DNA of 64,000 bases, taken from the NCBI GenBank assembly GCA_910584595.1, contig CAJUBQ010000011.1:17974-81973 (forward strand), in the 5' to 3' direction. Source of the stretch: an uncultured Eubacterium sp. (GTDB taxonomy: Bacteria > Bacillota > Clostridia > Lachnospirales > Lachnospiraceae). The notes beneath the pieces are model-generated. The model did no database searches. It had not been told where the DNA came from and worked only from the letters and a program-made list of their open reading frames with translations. The position numbers were made by a program, and so were the translations under genes. Each line of letters starts with the position of its first letter. The first letter of the stretch is position 1. Positions 26,983 to 36,830 of the stretch are shown piece after piece.

Positions 26983-27363
26983 ATGACAAATGAAACCTTT
27001 TGCCTTCTCTCTGAGGAGGAGAAACACACAAAATTTAAGGCTGCAATGAAGGGCAAGACAAAAGGATGTCTGAATGAAGAAGAACTTCATAGCATCCTGA
27101 TGAGCATTTCCCTGAACAGACAGTATGCTATTTCGGTTTACCGAGACGGGGAAGAGTTTTGCCGCGTTTTGACAGCGACGAATGGTCTCAAAAGAAGAAC
27201 CATTCTTGGTCATGCAGCCGCAGATATTGGAGAAATACCCGGAAAACAATTTGACTCATCGCAGGCGGCGGCAGTAATTTTGCATGATGCTGTTGACTGC
27301 AGCGATGTAAACTGCCTCTATATCTTTATTCCAAAGGAACGAAGTCAGAAAGGAACAGAGTGA
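26983..27363 (+). CDS. hypothetical protein
   Basis: ATG 26983 follows AAGGAGGTG. No family recognised. Confidence 0.5.
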   Translation: MTNETFCLLSEEEKHTKFKAAMKGKTKGCLNEEELHSILMSISLNRQYAISVYRDGEEFCRVLTATNGLKRRTILGHAAADIGEIPGKQFDSSQAAAVILHDAVDCSDVNCLYIFIPKERSQKGTE

Positions 27364-28118
27364 TGAATAAGAAAGATCAAAAAAGGCACATGGCATATGA
27401 GGCGCTGGTACTGTTGGGTATGCTGGCTTTGCTTACTTTTATATGCCGGCTATGGCCCATCCTGTTATTGATTATTCTCGGTATTTTTGCAGCGGTGATA
27501 AGACTGCTTTTTCTTTCATCCAGAAAGATTGAAGTAATTGTACCACTTCCTCTTTTACCAGAACCGGTAAAAGAAACGACCGAGAAAGATGTACAGGTGC
27601 TTGCATATTCAGTCATCCTCAGACGGGTTACAGAGCTGGTGCTATCTGAGTATCCGGAAGCAAGATGGGTCTGGGAGGCACCGAATGCAGAAAAACTTAT
27701 TCAGGAAAGTCAGGAGGTTTTTATTTTACTCAATCGTGCCGGTGGTTATCGGCGTGCCAAGGTTGTGATCCGAAATCTGCAGGTGGTTGGAATTGAGTAC
27801 AATCCACAGGTTGAGGAGAATGCGGTTTTGGAGCCGGAGGATAATGCCCCGGAACCTGAAGAAGAACCAGAGGTACAAAATTACGAACTGCTGGCTTTTG
27901 AGTGGGCAGATGCTCATATTTTTGAGCTGAATGCCAGATGCAATGAAGCAATTGGGGAAAATCTCTCAGAATTGATTTTGCTCGCAGAAGAACTTCCGGT
28001 CCGGGAGAGTTGGGCAGATATCTGCCGGGAACTGATAAGAGCCGGGCTTACGGATGTTCAGTGTGTATCTGAGGGAATCAAAATTAATCTTACGCAGTCA
28101 AATGCAGAAAGGAAATAA
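27363..28118 (+). CDS. hypothetical membrane-anchored protein
   Basis: TGATG overlap with the upstream stop. Two N-terminal TM segments and an acidic central stretch. Confidence 0.5.
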   Translation: MNKKDQKRHMAYEALVLLGMLALLTFICRLWPILLLIILGIFAAVIRLLFLSSRKIEVIVPLPLLPEPVKETTEKDVQVLAYSVILRRVTELVLSEYPEARWVWEAPNAEKLIQESQEVFILLNRAGGYRRAKVVIRNLQVVGIEYNPQVEENAVLEPEDNAPEPEEEPEVQNYELLAFEWADAHIFELNARCNEAIGENLSELILLAEELPVRESWADICRELIRAGLTDVQCVSEGIKINLTQSNAERK

Positions 28119-28121
28119 CGT

Positions 28122-29996
28122 ATGAGTGCATACATGAACAACATCTTTAATTACAGCCGTCCCTTACCGGAACCGTTTGATACACTGACGAACAAAAAGG
28201 TGTCAGTATCATCGAAATATGGAGATGGGACAAATGCAACTTTGTGTTCAACAGTCATAAAAGCGGTACATGCAGTTTGCCGCTGCATGGATGGCAGTGC
28301 CGAAGGAGCTGTCGGGGTCATCGACCACAGGACAGTTGCTGAATACAAATCGTCCATGGGGCCTGATGAGTATCATCTGGTAGTATATGACAGCAACTCC
28401 GGTTCGTTAATGGCAAGCGTGTATGACAAGAACACGGAAACTTTTGAAAACTATGTGCTGAACGCATCAGGGCGTGATGGAGCTGCCGTTATGATGGCGC
28501 TGTTTCCGGTACTTATGAATGACGAGGAATTCAGTGATAATTTTGAATTGTACCGCGATCAGTTCAGTCATGGATTTTCGGATTTACGCTCGGCTACGGA
28601 GTACATGGCAATGCTATGTGACAACGCCTACAGACGTATCAAAGATACCTCCTGTTCAGCAGCCGTCAAGGTGAGTGTGGACAAGGCCGGAAATCTGATG
28701 CGTGTATCTCAGGTGCAGCTGGATTCCGGCGCTTTTGAGCCTACCCATGTGATTGCGGGGGAATTTACGATTTTTGCAAAAACAGCGAGGGTTATTGTGA
28801 AGAGCGCAGATGCCATTGTGGAACACACGGATTTTGTCGGCAAGTACGAACTGCACCCAAGGACTATGAGCAGTCAGGAAAAACAGCTGATACCGGTGCT
28901 TCCGGAATGGTACATCATTCCACAGGAGGTCGTTGATATCTGTAAACATGCTCAGGCAACCACCGGGAAACCGACACAGATGAGGAATTTTCTCCTTAGA
29001 GGGCCGGCCGGAACCGGAAAGACCATGAGCGCAAAGGCGATTGCCGCAGGACTGGGGCTTCCGTATATGGCATACACTTGCTCGGCAGGAACAGAAATAT
29101 TTGACTTCATCGGTCAGATATTCCCGGATTCCGATTCGGGTTCTACCGGTGATGCACAGCTTGACCATGAGAAAGCAATTTTGGCGAGTATGGGCGGAAT
29201 CAATTATGCCAACGTGTCTAAAATGATGAACCTTCCCGATTTGGATGATATGGACTACGATCCGGCGGGGGTATATCAGGCACTGACGGGCGTAGAGAAT
29301 GCGGCTGCCACATCTCAGGATTGCATGAGCATTGTGCTGGATCGTGTAACAGAGAAGGTACGTGCTCTGTCCAGACGGGATGAAAATTCCAAGGGCGGCG
29401 GTCAGACTTATACCTACACAGAGACAGACTTTATCAAAGCTCTGAAGAACGGATATGTCATCGAGATTCAGGAACCTTCCACGATTGTTCAGCCTGGTGT
29501 TCTGGTGGGACTAAACTCCCTGCTGGAGCAGACCGGAACAATCACCCTCCCTACCGGTGAAATCATCAAGCGTCATCCGGATGCAGTCGTAGTAGTAACA
29601 ACCAACATTGAATACGAAGGGTGCCGAGGCATGAACCAGTCCGTTATCGACAGAATGAGTCTGGTGCGGGACGTGGAGCTGCCGACGCCTGAAGTTATGG
29701 TGCAGCGTGCCATGTCAGTTACAGGTGCAACAGATGAGTACCAGATTTCCCAGATGGTGCAGGTGGTCAATGATCTGTCGGAGTATTGCCGAAAAAACAG
29801 TATTACAGACGGTTCATATGGTATGCGCAGTCTGATCGACTGGATCGTAAGCAGTGAGATTACCGGCGATGTATATGAGTCGGCGCTATATACGATCATC
29901 AGCAAGGCGACCACGGATGAAGTAGACCGTGAGGCACTGGTCAGTGCAGTTCTGGAACCGATTTTCACAAAGAAGCGGAAGAAAGCAACCGCATAA
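28122..29996 (+). CDS. MoxR/CbbQ-like AAA+ ATPase with ~270-aa unknown N-terminal region
   Basis: Walker A LLRGPAGTGKT, Walker B-like GYVIEIQEP, and a later VVVVTTN...GCRGMNQSVIDR segment fit the AAA_5 pattern. Confidence 0.75.
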   Translation: MSAYMNNIFNYSRPLPEPFDTLTNKKVSVSSKYGDGTNATLCSTVIKAVHAVCRCMDGSAEGAVGVIDHRTVAEYKSSMGPDEYHLVVYDSNSGSLMASVYDKNTETFENYVLNASGRDGAAVMMALFPVLMNDEEFSDNFELYRDQFSHGFSDLRSATEYMAMLCDNAYRRIKDTSCSAAVKVSVDKAGNLMRVSQVQLDSGAFEPTHVIAGEFTIFAKTARVIVKSADAIVEHTDFVGKYELHPRTMSSQEKQLIPVLPEWYIIPQEVVDICKHAQATTGKPTQMRNFLLRGPAGTGKTMSAKAIAAGLGLPYMAYTCSAGTEIFDFIGQIFPDSDSGSTGDAQLDHEKAILASMGGINYANVSKMMNLPDLDDMDYDPAGVYQALTGVENAAATSQDCMSIVLDRVTEKVRALSRRDENSKGGGQTYTYTETDFIKALKNGYVIEIQEPSTIVQPGVLVGLNSLLEQTGTITLPTGEIIKRHPDAVVVVTTNIEYEGCRGMNQSVIDRMSLVRDVELPTPEVMVQRAMSVTGATDEYQISQMVQVVNDLSEYCRKNSITDGSYGMRSLIDWIVSSEITGDVYESALYTIISKATTDEVDREALVSAVLEPIFTKKRKKATA

Positions 29997-30023
29997 ATGT
30001 AGTAGAAAGGAGGTCAACCCTGT

Positions 30024-32294
30024 ATGGCGAGGGTGAATCACAAGTTAGTAAAACAGCGGCTCAATGAGCAGCGCAGTAAAATTTCAGACCGACAATTCTT
30101 CTCGTCCCGTCTTTTGGCGGGACATTTTGAAGATCTGGCGGCGGCACAGACAAGGCGGTATCGCTATAACCGCCGGGTTCGTGTCAATCTGTATTGGAAA
30201 CCGAGAGAAAAGCATGTGGCGTCAACGGACAATATGTTTGTGCGCATCAATACTGGAAATTCTCTGGTTACAAAGGTAAAAGGGCGAGAAAACCGTTACC
30301 AGATTGTGTGCGGTTTGTTTGCACACGAACTGGGACATGTCCTTTATACAGACTTTCTGGCAGCACAGACACATACCAACTATTTAGGAAGCGGTCGTTG
30401 GTATCCCTATCCACCAGACCTGAAGACAACGGCGGATGCACGGAACGAGAAAGCATTCTGGAATTATGTGAAAACTGATCCGAAAAATCTGGAGATGGTG
30501 CAGATGATTGCCCATCATATCTCCAATGTAATTGAGGATGGGTATATCGAAAACAGGATGCTGAACAATTTTCCAGGCACATTGGGGTACGGTCTTGAAA
30601 AGCTGCGGGAGCAGCATTTTGAGCATATCGAAACGGTGACGCAGATGATTGAGAGTGAAGATGAAGGAAAGCATATTTTTGAAAGCATTCTTCAGATCAT
30701 GCTCTCGTATGCTAAGTTTGGTGAAATCAAATACGGGGACGAACCGCTCAGCGATGAAAGAATTCAGGCGGTGTTTGGTTTGATTACCGATATTGACAGC
30801 GCTTTACTGAGCAGGTCCGGAAAAGACCGGTTGAATGTTGTCAATATGGTGCTGGTAAGGTGCTGGGACTATATCGAATCTTTTTGTGAAGAATGCAAAA
30901 AGCGTCAGGAAGAGGCAGTAGCCTCCGGCGGCTCCGCCAGTCTTGCAGAAACCTTGTCGGAAGTGTTGGGTGCAATTGCCGGTGGTTCCGAAATGGGTGA
31001 AGGAAGTAGTACACCGGTGCCGGAAGCCTCTGGCGGGTCAGAAGAATCTGCGACGGCCGGCAAACGGGCACAGACCCATGCAGATGCCGACAGTGAAGAT
31101 GACTCTGAGGAAACAGACAGCTCCCAGACTGACTCTGAAACGGAAGAAAATCCATCTGAGTCTGGGGGAAGCGATAATTCTACAGACGAAGACGCTGCCC
31201 CGATAGATGGTGGCAGTTCCGGTTCAGGGAAACAAGAAACTTCAGATACTGAGCAGGGACGTATTCCTTATCACCAGTCAGAATCACTTTCAGAACCTGT
31301 TGGTGGTTCCGTGGAAAAAAACGAAGATTATGAGCGGGAGCATTACGACAGTGCGGCTGCCGATATTGAACGTCTTCTGGATAAGATGGCAGAAAAGGCG
31401 GCCTGTGAGCAACTGGAGAATGAAAGGATTCAGGAGCTTAACGATGTCGCTCAGAACATTTCCTATGGGAATATCCATGAAGGAGTACCTATCCGAATCA
31501 ACCGGATTGCCTCTGTGGATGAGGAGCTTATGGAACAGTACGATGCTATTTCAGGACCTTTGCTGAATATTTCCCGCCAGCTGCAGAAGAGTTTGCTCAA
31601 GCAGCTCAAGGAAAATCGGAGAGGCGGTAAACAGACCGGGCTTATCATGGGCCGCCGTCTGGATGCTCACGCACTGTGCAGGAATGACGGCAAGGTGTTT
31701 TATAAGAACAATCTGCCCAATGAGATCCCGGAACTGGCAGTCGGCCTGCTTCTGGATGAGTCAGGGTCCATGTGTTCCTGTGACCGCTGTACTTATGCCA
31801 GAGCTTCAGCTATCATTCTGTATGATTTCTGCCAGAGCCTGGATATCCCGGTTATGGTCTATGGCCATTCCACTGATTATACCGATGTCGGAAATACAGT
31901 AGCATTGTATTCCTATGCGGAATTTGATGGCTTTGATCATGATGATAAATACCGCATGATGGATATTGCGGCCAGAGGCAGTAACCGTGACGGGGCGGCA
32001 CTCCGTTTTGTTGCGGAGCAGCTGTCTAAGCGGCCAGAAGCAGTAAAAATCCTCATACTGGTTTCTGACGGACAGCCTGCTGACAGTGGGTATGGAGGTT
32101 CCGCAGCTGAGGAGGACCTTCGCGGCATCAAGCAGGAGTATCAGCGTAAAGGTATTTTGTTTGTCGCTGCGGCAATCGGAGATGACAAGCAAAACATTGA
32201 GAGAATCTACGGAGACTCATTCCTGGATATCTCGGATTTAAACCAACTGCCCATAAAACTAACCGCTGTTGTGAAGCGGCATGTGAGGGTATAA
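30024..32294 (+). CDS. VWA-domain protein with N-terminal HExxH metallopeptidase-like motif (CobT/NorD-like)
   Basis: FAHELGHVLY near residue 100. A long S/E/D-rich low-complexity linker. MIDAS LLLDESGSM and ILILVSDGQPAD in the C-terminal VWA domain. Confidence 0.75.
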   Translation: MARVNHKLVKQRLNEQRSKISDRQFFSSRLLAGHFEDLAAAQTRRYRYNRRVRVNLYWKPREKHVASTDNMFVRINTGNSLVTKVKGRENRYQIVCGLFAHELGHVLYTDFLAAQTHTNYLGSGRWYPYPPDLKTTADARNEKAFWNYVKTDPKNLEMVQMIAHHISNVIEDGYIENRMLNNFPGTLGYGLEKLREQHFEHIETVTQMIESEDEGKHIFESILQIMLSYAKFGEIKYGDEPLSDERIQAVFGLITDIDSALLSRSGKDRLNVVNMVLVRCWDYIESFCEECKKRQEEAVASGGSASLAETLSEVLGAIAGGSEMGEGSSTPVPEASGGSEESATAGKRAQTHADADSEDDSEETDSSQTDSETEENPSESGGSDNSTDEDAAPIDGGSSGSGKQETSDTEQGRIPYHQSESLSEPVGGSVEKNEDYEREHYDSAAADIERLLDKMAEKAACEQLENERIQELNDVAQNISYGNIHEGVPIRINRIASVDEELMEQYDAISGPLLNISRQLQKSLLKQLKENRRGGKQTGLIMGRRLDAHALCRNDGKVFYKNNLPNEIPELAVGLLLDESGSMCSCDRCTYARASAIILYDFCQSLDIPVMVYGHSTDYTDVGNTVALYSYAEFDGFDHDDKYRMMDIAARGSNRDGAALRFVAEQLSKRPEAVKILILVSDGQPADSGYGGSAAEEDLRGIKQEYQRKGILFVAAAIGDDKQNIERIYGDSFLDISDLNQLPIKLTAVVKRHVRV

Positions 32295-32373
32295 CAATAT
32301 CAAATCATAAAAAAGACGACGGGCAGCTGGATTTCTACAGCTGCCCGCCTGTTATTCAGAAAGGAAGGTAATT

Positions 32374-33498
32374 ATGCACTTTTTAACATTAGCAGCTTTA
32401 GAAATCTCTCAGATACAGGAAGACAAGGAATTGGACAACCAGATTGCAGAGGCGCTGAAGGAATTGGAGCTTCAGAAGCAAATTGAAACAAAGAATTTTA
32501 TGCTGGATTTTGCGATTGGGAGATGTCAAAATCTTCAGTCATCGTTCTCCCGTGCAGTGAATGACGGCGTTTCTGAGCTGATGTATCCTTATTGTGAGTC
32601 GCTGGAGGATCCGGAATATCTGGAATTTGAAGATCGGACAGAAAAACTGCGCGAGGAATATGAGGATGCGGTTGATTGCATAAAGCTGCCTCAAGGAACA
32701 GTTGTGGAGCAGTATGGCGATCCACTCTGGGGCAGATTTGTTGTCCGTGACGGAAAAGTGTTCCAAAGGGATGCAGGATCGCTTCATCATGAAAAGCGTA
32801 CAAAGAAAGCAAAACGAATGGTGGCTCTGCCTAATTATCCCCGCAAAAAGCTCTATAAGAGTTTTGAGAAATATGCAGAAGAAAGGTGTGGCTTTTCTTT
32901 TGATGAAAAGCATCAAGGCTATGGATATTATTATAATCCAAACGCCATATGGGATTGGTATTCCATTGGCGGGCGATGGCCGGAGATGTTCCTGGTAAAG
33001 GACGACTGCACTGAGTATTCTATCGGTGAGCGAAGCTGGTGCAACTCGGACCGGAAATCAGAGGCGCCGGAAGGATACCGGTGGGTATGCGCTGCCAGGA
33101 AAAAGGACATTGCGTGGGATGCCATGCGGGACTGGCGAAACCAGAAAGCCGCAGAGCGGTTCCATAAGCTTGAACAGATGTTCCTGGCAGGAAAGACGGA
33201 TCCGGATTTCCATGGAGAGATTGTCCCGGACGGAGTTATGCACTGGGGCGAACTGGTTTACCGCAAGGGCTCTACCTTGGAGGAATACCTGGAGGAATAT
33301 GGGATTCCGGGCAGCTGGAAGTATCCGGTAGGCTCGCATGACATCGTGGATGAGGACCAGTGGCTGAGCAAAGATGACAGTGTGCTGGATGCAGAATCTG
33401 AAAAATATGTTCCAGTAGACTGGCGCAGCTGCATAGATGGCTACATTGATGATGTGGATGAGGATACGGTACTGGTTGCCGTAGATTATCATATGTGA
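32374..33498 (+). CDS. hypothetical protein
   Basis: 374 aa with a W-rich segment NPNAIWDWYSIGGRWPEMF. No family assigned. Confidence 0.5.
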   Translation: MHFLTLAALEISQIQEDKELDNQIAEALKELELQKQIETKNFMLDFAIGRCQNLQSSFSRAVNDGVSELMYPYCESLEDPEYLEFEDRTEKLREEYEDAVDCIKLPQGTVVEQYGDPLWGRFVVRDGKVFQRDAGSLHHEKRTKKAKRMVALPNYPRKKLYKSFEKYAEERCGFSFDEKHQGYGYYYNPNAIWDWYSIGGRWPEMFLVKDDCTEYSIGERSWCNSDRKSEAPEGYRWVCAARKKDIAWDAMRDWRNQKAAERFHKLEQMFLAGKTDPDFHGEIVPDGVMHWGELVYRKGSTLEEYLEEYGIPGSWKYPVGSHDIVDEDQWLSKDDSVLDAESEKYVPVDWRSCIDGYIDDVDEDTVLVAVDYHM

Positions 33499-33509
33499 GG
33501 AGGATTCAG

Positions 33510-33767
33510 ATGAATACATATGTTATTTGTATGGACTCTGTATGGGTTCGTGACTCAGAAATGTTTGATATTGTCGGTCTGACAGATGAAGAATTGACGG
33601 ATATTGATATGTGCGGCACAGATAACGAAGGCAGATGGCACGATATGGAGCCGACCCCATTTATCGCAGTCATAAAGGCGGAAAGCGAGGAGGAAGCCTG
33701 CAAAAAGGCGGCCACCCAAATGCGCTATGATCCACGCTGTCTGTTTGCAATAAAAGTTTCAGAATAA
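33510..33767 (+). CDS. small acidic hypothetical protein
   Basis: ATG 33510 follows GAGGAGGA. 85 aa. Confidence 0.45.
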   Translation: MNTYVICMDSVWVRDSEMFDIVGLTDEELTDIDMCGTDNEGRWHDMEPTPFIAVIKAESEEEACKKAATQMRYDPRCLFAIKVSE

Positions 33768-33782
33768 AGGAGGTATCAAAAA

Positions 33783-34646
33783 ATGATTATCAATCGAATC
33801 GGTGCTGAGTTTGAATACGACGGCACAACTTATGTAATCGGCGCTCCCATCGTGGGAACGCCGGAAAGCGAGTATGAGGGTCTGTATGGGACGATTACGG
33901 AAATCCGTGATGGAGAGGATAAGGAAACGGAAAATGAAACGCCGGATATATATTGCTCTTTTGAAGTTCCTGCACTGCCCTGTGAAGTAAAAAAGCTGGA
34001 AGAGGTTTTCTCTGAACTGTATGACCAGAAAAAGACCATTGACGACATCATCCTGGATCTTGTCATCATGGCTCCGTCTATGGTGGAGCCGCTTGATGAC
34101 CTGAAAGAGTGTCGCCAGCATCCAAGGATTTATATTCTTTTGGAAGATTGGGCGGTTGACGGCGAACAGGGAAATTCTTCCGAGGTCTATACGGACTTCA
34201 ATGATGCGAAACGCATACTGGTCCAGAAACTGAAAGAGGAGCAGGAAAGCGGCTGTATTCCGCAATGGGTGGATGATGAGAAGTTCAAGGAGCATTCCAC
34301 GGACTCCCTCTATGAATGTTACATTGACGGCGAATACTGCGAGAGCCATTACCATATCGCAATCGTCTCTCAGCAGTTCTGCGTTTCCAATCGGTTTGTC
34401 AGGGAGATGGGATGGCTTTACCAGGCGTCCTGCCAGCTTGAAGATTTTGTATCACAGGTGTCAGACTGGGATGAATTGGATCAGCTGACCGATGAGCAAT
34501 ATAACCGCATGGTCCAGGATCCCCGTTTCCCGGAAAGGCTCCAGAACAAGCTGGGCAAAAACGATTCTTACTGGGAATCTTACTGGGAGAGCGTTTCAGA
34601 GGTTGCACATGAGTTTGTGAGTGAGTATCTGAAAAAGGAGACATAA
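33783..34646 (+). CDS. acidic hypothetical protein
   Basis: RBS AAGGAGG upstream. 287 aa, rich in D/E. No family recognised. Confidence 0.5.
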   Translation: MIINRIGAEFEYDGTTYVIGAPIVGTPESEYEGLYGTITEIRDGEDKETENETPDIYCSFEVPALPCEVKKLEEVFSELYDQKKTIDDIILDLVIMAPSMVEPLDDLKECRQHPRIYILLEDWAVDGEQGNSSEVYTDFNDAKRILVQKLKEEQESGCIPQWVDDEKFKEHSTDSLYECYIDGEYCESHYHIAIVSQQFCVSNRFVREMGWLYQASCQLEDFVSQVSDWDELDQLTDEQYNRMVQDPRFPERLQNKLGKNDSYWESYWESVSEVAHEFVSEYLKKET

Positions 34647-34651
34647 AGACT

Positions 34652-34993
34652 ATGAATACAAGGATTAACTATCTCTACCGGGATGCAGACAACTACAAGA
34701 TGCCAAATTCCTGTGTGGTTATTGGCGAGATAAGCGAAGTGCAAATCGCAGAAGTCATATCCTGTCTGGACTGTGGGGAATATTTCATTCCCCGGCAGGT
34801 GGGGCTTCCTGAAAAACGCTTTGACAGGTTTGACGAGGAGGTGGACCATTGCTGGTTTGAATTAAGTGCAGATGGGTTTGAGGCTACCGAAAATGTTTCC
34901 AATGTTGACATGACTGTGGTGCAGCTCTTGGAGTTGTTCCGCAGTGCGAAAAACAACTGGCATGATGACGTGCCATTAGGAGGTGCAGTATGA
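34652..34993 (+). CDS. hypothetical protein
   Basis: 113 aa starting MNTRINYLYRDADNYK. Tight spacing in the operon. Confidence 0.5.
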   Translation: MNTRINYLYRDADNYKMPNSCVVIGEISEVQIAEVISCLDCGEYFIPRQVGLPEKRFDRFDEEVDHCWFELSADGFEATENVSNVDMTVVQLLELFRSAKNNWHDDVPLGGAV

Positions 34994-35427
34994 GTTACTC
35001 AGAATGGCATACTTACGGCTATGGGATCTGCGTTTCCGATATTACGGATGAGTCTGTGGAACGCCTGCAGAAGCTGATTTCCCTGGCACCGGAGTACCAA
35101 AAGAAAATACAGGCATGGCTGGATGAGTGTGAGATATCGGAGCCGGCCTACGAGGATTATCTGGAGTTCGACCAGGACTATATGCTTGGCCTGGCAACCA
35201 TCTTAAAAGAAGTGATCCTTGAGGCAGAGGACATTGATCTTGTGGCGTGCGACAGCCATGACGGCACGGATTATCTGCTCTATGTGCCGGATTATCCCTG
35301 GAACATGGGAAAACACAGACAGCTCATGACGGAGGAGGCCGTCGCAGGGCTTTTCCGAAAATATGTTTCCATTTTGACAGATGAGGCGATAGAAATAGAT
35401 TACCAGTCTGTTGAGAATGGAGGTTAG
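34990..35427 (+). CDS. acidic hypothetical protein
   Basis: ATGA overlap with the upstream stop. 145 aa. Confidence 0.5.
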   Translation: MSYSEWHTYGYGICVSDITDESVERLQKLISLAPEYQKKIQAWLDECEISEPAYEDYLEFDQDYMLGLATILKEVILEAEDIDLVACDSHDGTDYLLYVPDYPWNMGKHRQLMTEEAVAGLFRKYVSILTDEAIEIDYQSVENGG

Positions 35428-35438
35428 GAGGTGGCGTT

Positions 35439-36371
35439 ATGCCTTATAAAAGCGATACAAGGCCGCTGACCAGCATCGTCTCCTATCCGGAGCGTGGCGA
35501 AGGCGGCAACAACCGTTACCGGGGGAACTGTTCCCCCAGACTGATCGAGGACCTTCTGGAGTTCTTCCAGCCGGCAGAAATCTGCGATTATATGTGCGGA
35601 AGCGGGACGACCAAAGCGGCGGCGGACAAGCTGGGTATTGGCAGTCATCTCTATGACCTGCACAGCGGTTTTGACATCATGAACTGCGAGATCCCGGAGC
35701 GCCCGGAGTTTATATTCTGGCACCCTCCATACTGGGATATCGTGACCTATTCGGATGTCATGTACAAAGCGGCGGATGTCCAGAAGAGCTACGGCTATGA
35801 CCCGAGGCAGTATGACCTGTCACGCATACCGGACTGGGCAGGCTTTGTGGAAAAAATGAATTACGCCATGATGAAGCAGTTTTCTGCCCTTGAAAAAGGC
35901 GGCAGGATGGCGGTGCTGATGGGCGATATCAAGAAGAAAGGCGTGCTGTACAGTATGCTTTCCGAGATCGTCAAACCGGGGTCTTTGGAGAATATCATTA
36001 TCAAGGCCCAGCATAACTGCTTTTCAGACCAGATCCAGTATAGCGGGAAATTCATACCGATCTTACATGAGTATGTGATGATTGTCCGAAAGGATTCACC
36101 GCTTTTGGTTCCGATTATCATGGCAAAGAAAACGGAGGTCGATATCCGGGATATGCCGGGAGCGACATGGCGTGATGTGGTTGCTGCCGTTTTGGAACAG
36201 TGCAGCGAGCCGGTGACGCTCACGTTTCTCTATGAGAAAATAGAGCCGCACAAAAAAGCACAGGCAAATAAGTGGTGGAAAGAAAAAATCCGCCAAACGC
36301 TTCAGATCAATCCTACATACTTCTTTCATGATGGCAGGGGAATGTGGTCGTTGAACAGAAGCGCAGCATAG
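35439..36371 (+). CDS. orphan DNA methyltransferase-like protein (amino-MTase type)
   Basis: SAM-binding-like DYMCGSGTT precedes IFWHPPYW, a variant of the (D/N/S)PP(Y/F) motif IV. No restriction partner is adjacent. Confidence 0.6.
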   Translation: MPYKSDTRPLTSIVSYPERGEGGNNRYRGNCSPRLIEDLLEFFQPAEICDYMCGSGTTKAAADKLGIGSHLYDLHSGFDIMNCEIPERPEFIFWHPPYWDIVTYSDVMYKAADVQKSYGYDPRQYDLSRIPDWAGFVEKMNYAMMKQFSALEKGGRMAVLMGDIKKKGVLYSMLSEIVKPGSLENIIIKAQHNCFSDQIQYSGKFIPILHEYVMIVRKDSPLLVPIIMAKKTEVDIRDMPGATWRDVVAAVLEQCSEPVTLTFLYEKIEPHKKAQANKWWKEKIRQTLQINPTYFFHDGRGMWSLNRSAA

Positions 36372-36486
36372 TATCTGCGTCTGGGGGATGTCTTTTATAG
36401 GCATCCCTCAGTTGCTTTAACTATATGTAGAAGAAGGATGGCCTTTTTGCTATAATACAAATATACTTATGAACAGGAGGCGAAAT

Positions 36487-36813
36487 ATGTCTGTTTATTA
36501 TAATCCGGACACGTACAGAAAAATTATCAGAAATGGTGAAGAATGTTGGGTATATGATTGGGGCAAAAATGCTGATATAAATTCGTTCAATTATATGCTG
36601 GATCGCTGGGAGGGCACTCAGCAACAATTTTTTATCAATGGTGAGACCAAGCAATATTTTCTTATTAATAAACAAGAGCGTACTGTCATGGAAATATCAA
36701 ATCCAGAAGTAATAAGGTTCCTGTATGAGAATCTTTATATGGCGAATATTAACGAGACTTTTATCGAACTGTTTACCTCAATCGGAGGGTTTAAAACAGT
36801 AAAGTACGAGTAG
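36487..36813 (+). CDS. hypothetical protein in an AT-rich cassette
   Basis: ATG 36487 follows AGGAGG. It has its own TGcTATAAT at 36448-36456 and is flanked by similar GGGGATG...CATCCC hairpins. Confidence 0.45.
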   Translation: MSVYYNPDTYRKIIRNGEECWVYDWGKNADINSFNYMLDRWEGTQQQFFINGETKQYFLINKQERTVMEISNPEVIRFLYENLYMANINETFIELFTSIGGFKTVKYE

Positions 36814-36830
36814 ATTCTGATTTTTTTCTT

